A model generated the notes under the pieces. That model was given only the letters and a program-made list of their open reading frames with translations. It was not told the DNA's origin and searched no databases. Below, in pieces: positions 1 through 10,537 of a stretch of 64,000 nt of DNA; the stretch's first letter is position 1; every line of letters begins with the position of its first letter. Origin of the DNA: a virus; IMG/VR virus record IMGVR_UViG_3300027769_000020, positions 1 through 64,000 of that record. One strand, 5' to 3'. The position numbers and the translations under genes were made by a program.

Positions 1-343
1 TATAATACCAATGATTTTCAGTCAACTTATGCATATTTTCTATAGATACAAATACTGCTGTTGCTGAATTCATATCAATAGTTGACTTAATCTTATATTC
101 TTTTGTAAGATTTTTAAGTTTAACTCTTGGTATACTAGTATATTTAGCTAGATATACTTTATCATTTAACTGTGGTTCATATCCTTGTTGTATATTAGGA
201 TAAGTTATACTAGATTTACCATAATCATTAAATTGACCTATTTTTGTATCAATTTCAACATCAAAACTTAATAAATTTAAATCATGATTATCATAAAAAT
301 CTGTGTCACCTAATGATACATGAAATATTAATGTATTTTCCAT
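1..343 (-). CDS. Hypothetical protein, 5' part (runs off window start)
   Basis: ATG at 343 read by hand (MENTLIFHVS...DKVYLAKYTSIPRVKLK...), open towards base 1; absent from ORF track because truncated. Confidence 0.7.
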   Translation of the reverse strand, partial: MENTLIFHVSLGDTDFYDNHDLNLLSFDVEIDTKIGQFNDYGKSSITYPNIQQGYEPQLNDKVYLAKYTSIPRVKLKNLTKEYKIKSTIDMNSATAVFVSIENMHKLTENHWYY

Positions 344-355
344 ATTAATTTTATT

Positions 356-379
356 AAAAAAGCGGCTTTTTACACCGCT
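356..379 (-). terminator. Intrinsic terminator after AAA ATPase
   Basis: AGCGGT-GTAAAAA-GCCGCT hairpin followed by T-run on - strand. Confidence 0.65.
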
Positions 380-396
380 TTATTATTAATTATTTA

Positions 397-1149
397 TTAT
401 TTAACTGCCATTTTAACTACAAGTGGATTCTGCATTAATCTAGCAAACTTAGGTTTATTACCAGCTAAAATCTCTTTAACCATATAATATCTAAGATCAT
501 TAGTGAATGCATCACAGTCTGTAGTCAATTTAACCAAACGGTTAATCATTGTATCACTGATGCTGTGCTCAGATGCATACTTCAATGAATAGTTAATAAT
601 CCTTGTAGTAATAATACTACTGATGTCAGCTCTAAAATCATCTCCGTTACCTACAGCACCATTCAATGCTCCAACTACATATGCCTCATTAGTATTAGTC
701 ATAATATCTTGAGGAGAAATGATTTTATCCATTTTATTATTAATGAACATAGTAAACATACTAGAGAACTCAGCTCCAACAGAACCCTCACCAATCATTT
801 GGATTAATGGTAACTGCTCTTCAAACTTCTCAATAGAACTAATAGCATTGAAGAAAGTAGTAATAGCTCTTGGATTAACTCTTTGAGTTACTACTTCTGG
901 GTGCATCAACATAAAGTTAATACATCTACCATCAATACCAACTTGCTCTGCCCACTTAGCCCATACATTAATATCAAACTTAACCTCAACTGAGATAAAT
1001 CTAGTCTTTTGAGCAACATCTAATGCAGTTACATTATAGTCACCATTATCTGGATTAGAAGTCAATACAATGTGCCAGTTCTTAGGTAATGCCCATGAAA
1101 TATATTCTTGCTGATCAATTAATTCCATTGTTGCTTGCATAAAGCGGTG
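397..1149 (-). CDS. MoxR-like AAA+ ATPase, exon 2
   Basis: HRFMQATMEL...IVLTSNP...ALDVAQKTRF (sensor-1/Arg-finger region); joins exon 1 in frame to give DDYTRAD|HRFMQ. Confidence 0.85.
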   Translation of the reverse strand, partial: HRFMQATMELIDQQEYISWALPKNWHIVLTSNPDNGDYNVTALDVAQKTRFISVEVKFDINVWAKWAEQVGIDGRCINFMLMHPEVVTQRVNPRAITTFFNAISSIEKFEEQLPLIQMIGEGSVGAEFSSMFTMFINNKMDKIISPQDIMTNTNEAYVVGALNGAVGNGDDFRADISSIITTRIINYSLKYASEHSISDTMINRLVKLTTDCDAFTNDLRYYMVKEILAGNKPKFARLMQNPLVVKMAVK

Positions 1150-2196
1150 CATTATGTTATCTCATAGGCTCTTTATCCTATGATTCTGTAGTTTCTTTTA
1201 GATTATATCTACAGTTCAGACTATATCATCACATATTTCTATGTGTTCTGCGCTCTTGGTATTTTACTGCCTGTTCTAGGCTCCATATACTAGTCGTTGC
1301 ACCTTCCTTACATCCCTGTAAGGCTTGGCTCAGGATTGTCCATCTCTGGAGTTTCCCTGAATTCACAGAATTTATTGCGGACCAACCACTTTATGCTTTT
1401 TTCCATCTATAACCACCAGCAGTTAAGTCTTTAGATATTGCTCTATTAATATTAGAGATACTAAGTTCTTTACTTGCTTGTTTTATAGACTCCCATTTTT
1501 TGATAAAAGTATTATCATTAGTATATTGTAATACTGGTTCTAACTTGTATTGTTTAGTCTTTAAAAGCACATAAGGGGCTTTATAAAAGGACCAAACAAA
1601 TCCTCCAGCAGAGGTTTGTTTTAAACTACACACTGCTTTTATACTGTTAATACTTTTAGCATTAATAGATTTAGCAGCAGCTGTAAAAGATTCAAAACTT
1701 TCTAAATATTCACCTTTTTCTAGTGAATACTTATGTACTGCTCTAAGATTATGAGGTTTTAAACCATTTGCATAAGCTTTTTTCTTAGCATCACTTATTC
1801 TTTGTTTATAAATATCATCTCTAACTAGAGTTTGTGGATCTAGTATATGATTTATATAAGGAATAATTGTGTTAATATAATAAGCTTCTCTTTCAATTAA
1901 AATATCATCAGTGCATTCCTCTACAATATTAAAGTAAATTTCATCTTTACCATATTTATTATATAAGTTTTGCATTGTTCTATTATGATGTTTTAAATTT
2001 TTAAGAGACCACAAATGGTGTTTTAACCTATGACCAATATTACAAGAGCTACCAATGTACTCTTTATCATTAATTTTAATTTTATAGATTCCTATACACT
2101 TTAATGCTGTCTTAAGTGTTTCTGTGTTTAATTTTTCCATATCATAAAGATAATCAAATTATTCACACTAACACAACTAGACTGCATATTTTGTTA
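1150..2196 (-). mobile_element. Group I intron in AAA ATPase gene
   Basis: Begins TAA after exon U (GAU), ends in G; P AATTCAGGGAAAC, Q AATCCTGAGC, R GCAACGACTA, S GATATAGTCT; IGS GTTGGTCCGC pairs with GCGGAU|UAAC. Confidence 0.92.
1391..2140 (-). CDS. Intron-encoded GIY-YIG homing endonuclease with NUMOD1-type C-terminal repeats
   Basis: GIYKIKINDKEYIGSS motif; two repeats ending SAGGFVW / TAGGYRW. Confidence 0.9.
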   Translation of the reverse strand: MEKLNTETLKTALKCIGIYKIKINDKEYIGSSCNIGHRLKHHLWSLKNLKHHNRTMQNLYNKYGKDEIYFNIVEECTDDILIEREAYYINTIIPYINHILDPQTLVRDDIYKQRISDAKKKAYANGLKPHNLRAVHKYSLEKGEYLESFESFTAAAKSINAKSINSIKAVCSLKQTSAGGFVWSFYKAPYVLLKTKQYKLEPVLQYTNDNTFIKKWESIKQASKELSISNINRAISKDLTAGGYRWKKA

Positions 2197-2619
2197 ATCC
2201 GCACGTGTATAATCATCTAAGATTAAGAAACCACCTTCACCTTTACCTTGAATCCACTCAGGAGCAGCATGAGACATTCTGCTATTGCTAGTTGGTCTAT
2301 ACCTATTCTTGATATAAGTCTCCATTAAAGACTCTTGAACCCACTTAACAACACCATCTTCTCTTACCATCTCAAACTCTTTGAATGGAAACCCAATCAA
2401 ATCACCTAACTCCTCAATTTGTGAAAGATTTAATTTAATAATATCCATACCCATCTCAGTTGCTAATTGCTTAACAGCTGAAGTCTTACCAAGACCTGCA
2501 TCACCTTCTACGTTAATTGCAACAGGTACTTTACCTTCAGCTTGGATATATTGATTATTATTAACAATGTGTTTTAAAAACCCTTTTAACTCTTCTACAT
2601 TTAATTGAACTTGACTCAT
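2197..2619 (-). CDS. MoxR-like AAA+ ATPase, exon 1
   Basis: Walker A GDAGLGKT; Walker B FLILDD at exon end. Confidence 0.88.
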
Positions 2620-2638
2620 CTTTTTTAATTTTTTAAAT

Positions 2639-3841
2639 TTATAATTCTAACTTGATAACCTTACCTGGTAGGTCTGTATTCATATATGATTGTTCAGACA
2701 GCACCCATAAAATAGGAGCTTTAGGTTTAACGCTTGTATAGCATTCACCATCAGTAAAATACACCAAGCTAGTATATTTTCTTATATTTTCATTATAATA
2801 TTCAAGGACGGGATCAAATTCAGTCCCACCTCTACCATATATCTTAATTTCATTTTTACCTTTATACGGCTCTATACTCTTAATAGCCGTATCACACTGA
2901 ACTATTGTAATATCAACACCTTGTTTATAGATGTGATGTATCTCATTCATGAACTCATGTAATTCTTTATCACATACAGAACCTGAAGTATCAATAGCCA
3001 ACAACATATGTTGTTTCATTTTAATCTTTAGACCAGGATTTTCAGAATATCTTCTATTCTCTTTTCTCCTTATCTTTTTAGTATACACTTTAGATGATAC
3101 ACCAGTAAATCTTCTGATATAACCTTTCCAATCAAACTTAGGTGGAGTGATTGCCTCCATTTCAAGTAAGCCCTCAATTTCTCCAGGAACATTACCTCTT
3201 TTCTTTTCAGTCATTTCCTTAGCATCATTGAGAATCTTATTCAATTGCTTCTCAATTAGCTTCTGTTCAGCCTCAGTTAAATCTTCAAAATCAGACCATG
3301 TTGGATGATCACTTGGCATACCGTCACCAGAGTCCATCTGATCACACAATTTGTCAAAGTTTTCATCACCACTAGTTCCATCTTCACCACCTTTGTCTTT
3401 CTGTTCTTTAGCTTGTTGTAGTTTCTCATAATAATATCTACAACCAGCTTTTCTGTCTAAGTTTAAATCAGGATAATCATCTATATTGATACCACCTTCT
3501 GGGAGATAATCTGTATCAATATACTGATTGATCTCCATATCCATTGCAACATTAGCAAGCTTCTTATCACTAAACTTAAAATACATAGTCAAATGACCAA
3601 ATGCAATATGCAAAAGCTCATGTTTAAGTAATCCAAGTTTGTGATCTTCACTTAATCCTGTCCAGAATTCTTCATTAATAGTAAGCTGATAATTAATATT
3701 ATGTTTACTAACACCAGCAGTAGGAACTTTTTTATTATCCCATACTTTATTCAACATAATTAAAAAGAACCCATAATAAGGCTCCTTTAACATTAAGTCT
3801 TTACTGGTTTTTGCTAAACTATCTTCTCTAGTTTTAGTCAT
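2639..3841 (-). CDS. VWA-domain protein with N-terminal HExxH metallopeptidase-like domain (MoxR partner)
   Basis: HELLH; MIDAS DTSGS; GRGGT; YFTDG; adjacent to AAA ATPase. Confidence 0.85.
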   Translation of the reverse strand: MTKTREDSLAKTSKDLMLKEPYYGFFLIMLNKVWDNKKVPTAGVSKHNINYQLTINEEFWTGLSEDHKLGLLKHELLHIAFGHLTMYFKFSDKKLANVAMDMEINQYIDTDYLPEGGINIDDYPDLNLDRKAGCRYYYEKLQQAKEQKDKGGEDGTSGDENFDKLCDQMDSGDGMPSDHPTWSDFEDLTEAEQKLIEKQLNKILNDAKEMTEKKRGNVPGEIEGLLEMEAITPPKFDWKGYIRRFTGVSSKVYTKKIRRKENRRYSENPGLKIKMKQHMLLAIDTSGSVCDKELHEFMNEIHHIYKQGVDITIVQCDTAIKSIEPYKGKNEIKIYGRGGTEFDPVLEYYNENIRKYTSLVYFTDGECYTSVKPKAPILWVLSEQSYMNTDLPGKVIKLEL

Positions 3842-4238
3842 GTTTCAATGTTATTGAATAATTTAATTTATCTGTAGGATAACCCCAATGACCCATAGTT
3901 TTTGTTAATTCTTCTACATGCCATTCTAAAAATGTATCAACTACAGATGGTTCTGCATTTATATTAAGTAATGTACTTAGTATTCTATCCACAGAAGGTT
4001 TATACTCACTATGTATTGGATACTTTTTTACTATCTCATACATTTTAGGTACTTCTTTATTCCAATACTCATTACCATTATTACTTGCTGCATATATTAA
4101 TAACACCCAAGGTAATGATTCTTTTAAATCACAGTTATTAAGTATCTCATTAGCAACAGTATGATTATCTTTATCAGATGACTCATACATTTTAATAATA
4201 TTTATATATTCTTCTTTTGTCAGTACTACTTTTTCCAT
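3834..4238 (-). CDS. Hypothetical protein
   Basis: ORF in operon; N-terminal helical motif shared with 44095 and 44406. Confidence 0.7.
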   Translation of the reverse strand: MEKVVLTKEEYINIIKMYESSDKDNHTVANEILNNCDLKESLPWVLLIYAASNNGNEYWNKEVPKMYEIVKKYPIHSEYKPSVDRILSTLLNINAEPSVVDTFLEWHVEELTKTMGHWGYPTDKLNYSITLKHD

Positions 4239-4244
4239 CAGTCT

Positions 4245-4580
4245 TTATAAATTTTTTGGATCAACACCTCTTACTTTTATCAAATACTGCTTGTATTGTT
4301 CTATAGTTATTGTACGTACACCTTCATACAGTTCACCTTTATCAAATATTTCTCTTACAGTTGCTAAAGAATCAAATGTATTCATATATAATTCACCCAT
4401 AAATGATGGCTCTCTGTTAAAAACAGATGGATCTATCAATAATTGAGTTTCTTTTACACCTTCACTATTCCTTACACAAATAAATTCTACTTGTAAACTT
4501 GGCTCATCAGGGTGGGCCTCATTTGTGAAAACCACTTTGATTTTCTCATTTTCTAGTTTAATTTCTTTTACTTCTTCCAT
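4245..4580 (-). CDS. Hypothetical protein
   Basis: Closely packed ORF in operon. Confidence 0.65.
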   Translation of the reverse strand: MEEVKEIKLENEKIKVVFTNEAHPDEPSLQVEFICVRNSEGVKETQLLIDPSVFNREPSFMGELYMNTFDSLATVREIFDKGELYEGVRTITIEQYKQYLIKVRGVDPKNL

Positions 4581-4591
4581 TACTTTTTACT

Positions 4592-4882
4592 TTAATATTT
4601 TAACAATACATTTTTAATTATACTTACAGCACTTGCTCTATGAAGTAAAGCTTCAAGTCCTCTTAAATCAGTAATAGTTATACAATTTATATTAAGATTT
4701 AGAGTTTCACCAAGGTTATGAGATGCTGCTAATAACTTTACCATATAGTTATTATCAATACCATAATCTTTGCTTAAAAACAATGTCAAATTTGGATAAA
4801 AGGTATGTGTATACTGTTGATTTTCTATATCAGAACATACCCAGTCATTTTTTAATAAACATTCATGTGTTATATTTTCCAT
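4592..4882 (-). CDS. Hypothetical protein
   Basis: Stop/start coupled ORF. Confidence 0.65.
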   Translation of the reverse strand: MENITHECLLKNDWVCSDIENQQYTHTFYPNLTLFLSKDYGIDNNYMVKLLAASHNLGETLNLNINCITITDLRGLEALLHRASAVSIIKNVLLKY

Positions 4883-5229
4883 CAGTCTTCAATTTTTAAA
4901 GTTTTTATTGCCCATTCTTTAGGTTTACCACTGGCAATCATGTCAACCCATTCCTTTGCTGTAGGAATATATCCATTACAATCTTCTTTTACATGTTGTT
5001 CACCAACATATCTTGTGTATACAGTTTTACCATCTGAGTTGACAAAAGACATTCCAAATATCTTTTCACATTCAAATATACCTTCACTATGATGTCTAAA
5101 CATTCTGTGTTTACTATGCCCAATCCATTTTTTAGTTTCATCAAACCAATTATGAATTGCAATATAATCACTCCATTCTCCACCCCATTTTTTTATTGAG
5201 GATTTACAGTGTTCTAAAGGATGTGCCAT
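4882..5229 (-). CDS. DUF6915-like His-rich protein
   Basis: MAHPLEH..SS..KWGG...DY..IH.WFD.TK......HR.FRHH.EGIF...GEQHV.ED pattern recalled. Confidence 0.65.
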   Translation of the reverse strand: MAHPLEHCKSSIKKWGGEWSDYIAIHNWFDETKKWIGHSKHRMFRHHSEGIFECEKIFGMSFVNSDGKTVYTRYVGEQHVKEDCNGYIPTAKEWVDMIASGKPKEWAIKTLKIED

Positions 5230-5621
5230 TATTTTTTATTTTTTTCAAATAGATTACCTTCATGCGTATACTCTTCCTCATGAACAACTCTAACATTATT
5301 CTGAATTGAATAGGTACCTACCTCTACATCTATATGTATAGTACCCCAACCACCATCATCATTCCACCAATCTTCAATATCATTAAGTAGTTGTTCAGAA
5401 CAAAAGTCATCAACTAATGAATATAAACTGCTATTAAGTTTTTGTAAGTCATCACCTACCTGCCAATCTTCTAAATCTTCAAAAGTAATATTAGAATCTG
5501 TTGTACTTTGTATAGAATCAATACATCCGCTATCACCGCTTCCTTCATAATAGACTCTTACTTTTTTTATACCAGCATTTACTAATCCAATTAGTATGCT
5601 CTCAATATTATTTTCAGCCAT
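5229..5621 (-). CDS. DUF6878-like acidic protein
   Basis: V.YEGSGDSG.I and WWNDDGGWG motifs recalled. Confidence 0.6.
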   Translation of the reverse strand: MAENNIESILIGLVNAGIKKVRVYYEGSGDSGCIDSIQSTTDSNITFEDLEDWQVGDDLQKLNSSLYSLVDDFCSEQLLNDIEDWWNDDGGWGTIHIDVEVGTYSIQNNVRVVHEEEYTHEGNLFEKNKK

Positions 5622-5623
5622 AA

Positions 5624-6049
5624 TTATTTTATTTTATAGAATCTACCTAGTATGTTACCATTCAAGTATTCTTCTTTCTCAAGTACTTCATACATAAACT
5701 GGTGTTTAGTTTCTTGATAAGTAAGTTCCATTCCAGTATAACATATTCTAAGTATTTCTCTTTTAATTACTATACCTGCTTTGTGAGCATCTTTAAGTAT
5801 TTTATTACTACTGTAATATCTCATAAAGTCAGGTTTTAATTCCCTTGTGTATTTTTTTAATCTTTTATCAGTAGACATTGCTAATGCTTTCTTACCTAAT
5901 GGTTTTTTAATATTGGCAAAGAAGTTCTTCTTACCAATATAAGCAACAGATTTACCATCTATAATAGCAGTCATAATGTAAATAAAGCCAACACCACCTT
6001 CAGGTATGTTACTCTCAGTAAATTCTTTACCTTTATATATCCAACTCAT
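5624..6049 (-). CDS. Free-standing GIY-YIG family nuclease
   Basis: GFIYIMT...YIGKKNF; Y.SS; YLNGNI. Confidence 0.7.
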   Translation of the reverse strand: MSWIYKGKEFTESNIPEGGVGFIYIMTAIIDGKSVAYIGKKNFFANIKKPLGKKALAMSTDKRLKKYTRELKPDFMRYYSSNKILKDAHKAGIVIKREILRICYTGMELTYQETKHQFMYEVLEKEEYLNGNILGRFYKIK

Positions 6050-6060
6050 ATCAATATGTA

Positions 6061-6309
6061 TTATGCGTTTCCTTTTGGTACAATAGTTATTGGATTCACA
6101 AATGTTTCTTCAACTTTAAAAATCTCACTTAACATTTTAATCACAGCATCTTGTTCATGAATTGGTGTATTATCTCTTAATGCGTCTACTAATGAACCAA
6201 TAGTTGATGCAATATGAACTGCAGTTACACCTTCTATCTTTACATTTTTATTAAACTCATAAGGTTTATCTTTTTCAAATTTAAACTTAATTGTTATTTT
6301 ACCTTTCAT
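6061..6309 (-). CDS. Hypothetical protein
   Basis: ORF overlapping primase end. Confidence 0.6.
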   Translation of the reverse strand: MKGKITIKFKFEKDKPYEFNKNVKIEGVTAVHIASTIGSLVDALRDNTPIHEQDAVIKMLSEIFKVEETFVNPITIVPKGNA

Positions 6310-7285
6310 GTATTGCTTGTTTTAATAGTGGAAATATCTCCTCTTTTACTTTTTGTATACCATGTACTTTAATAGAATCAGATACATCTTTCTCCATGTT
6401 TAATATGATATAGTTAAGACCATATCTTTCTTTATACTTTTTCATAGAATTTATACCGGCTTCATCATTATCAAATAGTATACATATGCTTTGATACTTT
6501 TCTTTTAGCTTATCAATACTTGACTCTTTTATCAATGTATTCTCACTATCTGGTGCAATACACTCAATATTACTGAATCCAAGCTTGTTAAATGCCATAA
6601 TATCCTTTAAAGATGAAGTAATAACAAGATACTTTTTAGTTAGTGTTAACTGTTCAGAACCCTGTATATAATTACCTAGCTTAAGGAATTTTTTATTTTG
6701 ATTTTTTGGCTGATAGATTTTATATAATGTACCATCATTTTTAAAATAACCATATAAGTTAAAACCATTTATAGTTATCTCAGTAATTTTACCATCAGGT
6801 TCAGTACGTGATAGTTTATAATACTCTAATGGAGATACGTTATATGCATCTAGCATCTTTGAACCTATATGATAATCACCCCAATACTTTTGATCAAAAT
6901 TACTCCAATGTCTTATTGTGTAATCAGAAACCTTAAATGTATCATAATGCTTAATCTCAGGCATTTCATATGTCTTATTATCTTTAAGATACTGCTTATA
7001 ATCATCAATAACTCTGAATATAGCAAGTCTTCTATCAAGACTAAACATATTTTCTATCAGTGATACAGAATCACCTTGAAGACCTGATGAAAAATCTTTA
7101 TACTTATAAGTCATAGTATTAACATCTACGTAAATATACATAGATGGAGTTTTCTCAAGTTTAAATACAGATCTTATCTTAATCTGTTGTCCATCTAATT
7201 TTTCAGTAAGATTTAAATAGTGTTCAAATATCCATGTGACTGGTACGTCACCTATTGAAACAGCATTACTTTTTGTAGAAATCAT
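6299..7285 (-). CDS. DNA primase (TOPRIM), crAss-like type
   Basis: YKDFSSG..GD; ITSSLKD; LFDNDEAG; KDVSD. Confidence 0.8.
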   Translation of the reverse strand: MISTKSNAVSIGDVPVTWIFEHYLNLTEKLDGQQIKIRSVFKLEKTPSMYIYVDVNTMTYKYKDFSSGLQGDSVSLIENMFSLDRRLAIFRVIDDYKQYLKDNKTYEMPEIKHYDTFKVSDYTIRHWSNFDQKYWGDYHIGSKMLDAYNVSPLEYYKLSRTEPDGKITEITINGFNLYGYFKNDGTLYKIYQPKNQNKKFLKLGNYIQGSEQLTLTKKYLVITSSLKDIMAFNKLGFSNIECIAPDSENTLIKESSIDKLKEKYQSICILFDNDEAGINSMKKYKERYGLNYIILNMEKDVSDSIKVHGIQKVKEEIFPLLKQAIHER

Positions 7286-7301
7286 AATATATAACTTTAA
7301 T

Positions 7302-7333
7302 AAAAAAGGGAGCCTTTTTTCTGACTCCCTTTT
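7302..7333 (-). terminator. Intrinsic terminator
   Basis: AAAGGGAG...CTCCCTTT hairpin with T-run. Confidence 0.7.
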
Positions 7334-7342
7334 AAACTATTG

Positions 7343-8029
7343 TTAGTCTAAATCAAAGTCAGTAGCTGCCTTGCTTGATACTGCAAAATCATCATCATCA
7401 TTACCAAAAGCTTCTACTTTTTTAGCTTCTAGTTTTTTAAGATGTAAAGCTTCAGAATATAGTAATTGTTTACCTGATCCAAGTTTAGCAAATGCAAACC
7501 CGTCTCTAGAAGATTTAGGCAAATATAAGTCATAATTTGTATAACCTGTTTTACCTTCATATTCTTTACCTGCAATACAGAAATCCATAAACTTATCTTT
7601 ATATGGTGCTGTAGTATTAAATGCAGAGATAAAATCTTCTATAGTATCATGTTTGTTATCTTGTTCATCAAACCAAGCTAACATATCTAATGTAGTACAA
7701 ATAGATTTTAAGAATACTAAAATAGAGTTATCTCTATAGATTTTTACACCAGACTTAGTAGTACCATCAGCAAATGCATATTGACCTGCTTTTACTCTAC
7801 CAATTTGACCAGCATAGTGACCTAAAGACTCATTGTCTTTATCAATCATAAAACCTTCAAACCCTTCAATAGGCTCAGTCTCAACATTCAAGATTATCTG
7901 TAATGCACCAGGAATAAACTTAAAATCTTCAGCTATAAGACTGTTAATTTTTAATTTATGATTACCTGGTGTGATTGTTTTAGGTAACCCATTACCACCT
8001 GCGTTTACATCTTTAGTTCCAATTGCCAT
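7343..8029 (-). CDS. Putative single-stranded DNA-binding protein
   Basis: Lies between Sak4-like ATPase and primase; ITPGNH motif; acidic C-tail DDDDF...DFDLD. Confidence 0.5.
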   Translation of the reverse strand: MAIGTKDVNAGGNGLPKTITPGNHKLKINSLIAEDFKFIPGALQIILNVETEPIEGFEGFMIDKDNESLGHYAGQIGRVKAGQYAFADGTTKSGVKIYRDNSILVFLKSICTTLDMLAWFDEQDNKHDTIEDFISAFNTTAPYKDKFMDFCIAGKEYEGKTGYTNYDLYLPKSSRDGFAFAKLGSGKQLLYSEALHLKKLEAKKVEAFGNDDDDFAVSSKAATDFDLD

Positions 8030-8052
8030 GTTTTCTTATTTTTATTTATTAA

Positions 8053-8781
8053 TTATTTATATACTTCTTCCCAGTGAGTTACTACCTCACCCTTTTCATT
8101 AACTTCACTAATTACTACTTCTGCATTTCTTAAATGATCAGGTCTAGCACCACAAGTTGTTTCATCATTAGTTTTAAAACTTAATACAACCTTGTTACCT
8201 TTTCTAAACATGTAACCAATAGCATCAGCATTTGCACAAATCAAAGATTTAATCTTACCAGTTAAATCAATATTAGCAGCCATTACCATCTCACCTTTAT
8301 CATCAACTTGTTTGTCTTTGATATGACCAGATAAAATAATGTGGTCAGCTAACTTATCAACATAGTTTAATACGTCAAAGAAAGCTTCTCTTATATACAA
8401 ATAACCTGCACCATTTGGTAATGTAATTACACTGTCTCCATCATAATTTTTACCCATAGGTGTTGCTTTGTACTTCTTTACAGCTAATGGCATAACCATT
8501 TCTTCTAATGCAGTTACAGTATCAATAGTGATAAACTTATAAGGTTTACCTGCTTCTTCTACTGCTTTACCAATTGCTAATAGTTCTTTCAAACTACTTG
8601 CTTTTACTTTTACTGCATCAACATAGTCAGTACCATTTTCCAAATCAATGATTAAATTACCATCTAAACCTGCAAAAGCTGTTGTTTTACCAGTCTTGGG
8701 TTTAGAGTAGATAACTAATCTTTTTGGATTCTGTCTTGTTGCACTTACCTTTTTAGTAGGCAATACTAATCCTTCACTCAT
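8053..8781 (-). CDS. AAA_24/Sak4-like ATPase (recombination)
   Basis: YSKPKTGKTT Walker A; IDLENG; IDTVT; ADAIGY. Confidence 0.8.
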   Translation of the reverse strand: MSEGLVLPTKKVSATRQNPKRLVIYSKPKTGKTTAFAGLDGNLIIDLENGTDYVDAVKVKASSLKELLAIGKAVEEAGKPYKFITIDTVTALEEMVMPLAVKKYKATPMGKNYDGDSVITLPNGAGYLYIREAFFDVLNYVDKLADHIILSGHIKDKQVDDKGEMVMAANIDLTGKIKSLICANADAIGYMFRKGNKVVLSFKTNDETTCGARPDHLRNAEVVISEVNEKGEVVTHWEEVYK

Positions 8782-8783
8782 TT

Positions 8784-9347
8784 TTACTTAATTAAATCAT
8801 TTAACCATTTCTTATTACTTACTGGCTTCTGTAATAATATAGCAGCTAGATCTCTCACAGTTAAACTGCTTAAAGGAGCATCTAAATCTGGGTCCATTAT
8901 TCCATCAAAGTCAGGAAATAATCCATCTGCTTCAGCCTTTGTAGTTTCAGTCTTCTTAGTTTCAGCCATTACTTTTGTCAATTCTGATACAGGAATTAAA
9001 TACCTCACATGACCTTTGTCATTAGGTTCAGTAGTTTCATATTCCTCATCATAGAATGGATTATATTTCCATTTATACAATGTTCTTGTTGGGTCTTCAG
9101 ACTCAAGAGTTATACTAGTAAACTCAGTATAAATATCTTTCTCTCTACATAATTCACTTTTGAAGAATCCCATGTATAAATCATCTTTACCATATGGTCT
9201 ATAAGCACACTTTGGTATATATAAAGGATCATTTACACCTAATGCTTTAAATACCGGGCTATGATATTTTACCAAGTCTTCAGTCTTTTCTTTTCTGTTA
9301 AATCCACTAGTAACATTATTACTGTTGTCTTTTGTTGTTAACGCCAT
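8784..9347 (-). CDS. Hypothetical protein of replication module
   Basis: ORF between DnaB and ATPase; C-terminal LTVRDLAAI..PVS.K.WLN. Confidence 0.7.
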   Translation of the reverse strand: MALTTKDNSNNVTSGFNRKEKTEDLVKYHSPVFKALGVNDPLYIPKCAYRPYGKDDLYMGFFKSELCREKDIYTEFTSITLESEDPTRTLYKWKYNPFYDEEYETTEPNDKGHVRYLIPVSELTKVMAETKKTETTKAEADGLFPDFDGIMDPDLDAPLSSLTVRDLAAILLQKPVSNKKWLNDLIK

Positions 9348-9354
9348 ATATTAA

Positions 9355-10362
9355 TTATTTGGTTTTAAGTTTTTTTTCTTGTTGAGCAGGAGTATTCATT
9401 TCTGATATACTCATCTTTTCAAATTCTGCCTTAAAGAAACTCATTCTTGTATCACCATTTCTACATTTAAGAAAGTGTAATACTAATACCCTATCATTAT
9501 CTATGATATATCTATCAGGGCCATAGAATTTAATCTTTTGTTTAGCTGGTCTATTAATACCAACTACTGTATCTGCATGCTGTAATAAAGCATCAGCACC
9601 AAAGATATCTGATTCTAATACATAATTTCCATATTTACCATCCTCTGCTCTTTCAGGATTATCAATATTTCTATTTAACTGACTCAATATGATAAAAGCT
9701 ATTGGGTACATTCTTTTAAGCTCAGTGAATGCCTCACCAAGATTGTTTAACATTTCATTCTTATCTCTTTCAGTCTGTGCTTTTTTAACAAGTACTGAGT
9801 GATCCAGTGACATTAGTGTCTTCTTATACTTTCTAACACCATTCTCATCAACAGTAGAGTGATATGACATATACTGATGAATAATACTCTTTAATTCATC
9901 TACAGTACATGGTTTTTCTACTACATCAATTGGATACTTGACTTTTTCTTTAGCATAATCATAGCATTTCTGTAAATCTTCTGGAGACAATGATCCATCA
10001 GCACTACATAAATATTTATATGACTTACCAATTATACTAGAATATTCTCTAATAGCAGAAGACCTAGCTAACATCTCAAATTGAAACTGTAAAACTCTAA
10101 AGTCTTCAGCAGGGTTTAGTTTAAAAGATTCTCTTACTATTTGTTCTACAATCAATGTCTTACCACTTGCTGGTCTTCCACCAATTACAGTAATAGTATT
10201 CCATTCAATACCATCAGTAGTTGCATCATTAAACTTAGGCCATGGAGTTCTAAGACTTTTAATGTCTCCTACCATTCTACCTTTTAAATAATGCAGTGAC
10301 TCCTGAAAGCCTTCTTTCTGACTATTCCACCTGAGTTTTTCTTCTTTCTGTTTAAGAGACAT
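9355..10362 (-). CDS. dnaB: DnaB-like replicative helicase (C-terminal domain)
   Basis: GGRPASGKT; FEM; LSQLNR; KCRNG. Confidence 0.9.
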   Translation of the reverse strand: MSLKQKEEKLRWNSQKEGFQESLHYLKGRMVGDIKSLRTPWPKFNDATTDGIEWNTITVIGGRPASGKTLIVEQIVRESFKLNPAEDFRVLQFQFEMLARSSAIREYSSIIGKSYKYLCSADGSLSPEDLQKCYDYAKEKVKYPIDVVEKPCTVDELKSIIHQYMSYHSTVDENGVRKYKKTLMSLDHSVLVKKAQTERDKNEMLNNLGEAFTELKRMYPIAFIILSQLNRNIDNPERAEDGKYGNYVLESDIFGADALLQHADTVVGINRPAKQKIKFYGPDRYIIDNDRVLVLHFLKCRNGDTRMSFFKAEFEKMSISEMNTPAQQEKKLKTK

Positions 10363-10363
10363 A

Positions 10364-10537
10364 CTAAATAACTTTTACTTTAACTCTATTAAAACTTGCA
10401 TGCATAATGCTGATTATAACTTCTATGATAATAAAGTTTATCATACTTATATTAGTTATAAAAGCATTAGTAACAGTATAAGCAAATAGAGTTCCCACTA
10501 TTGCAACAAGCAATAAGGATAACTTTGTTTTACGCAT
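10364..10537 (-). CDS. Small two-TM membrane protein (57 aa)
   Basis: Read by hand MRKTKLSLLLVAIVGTLFAY...; fills the gap between neighbours almost exactly. Confidence 0.65.
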   Translation of the reverse strand: MRKTKLSLLLVAIVGTLFAYTVTNAFITNISMINFIIIEVIISIMHASFNRVKVKVI

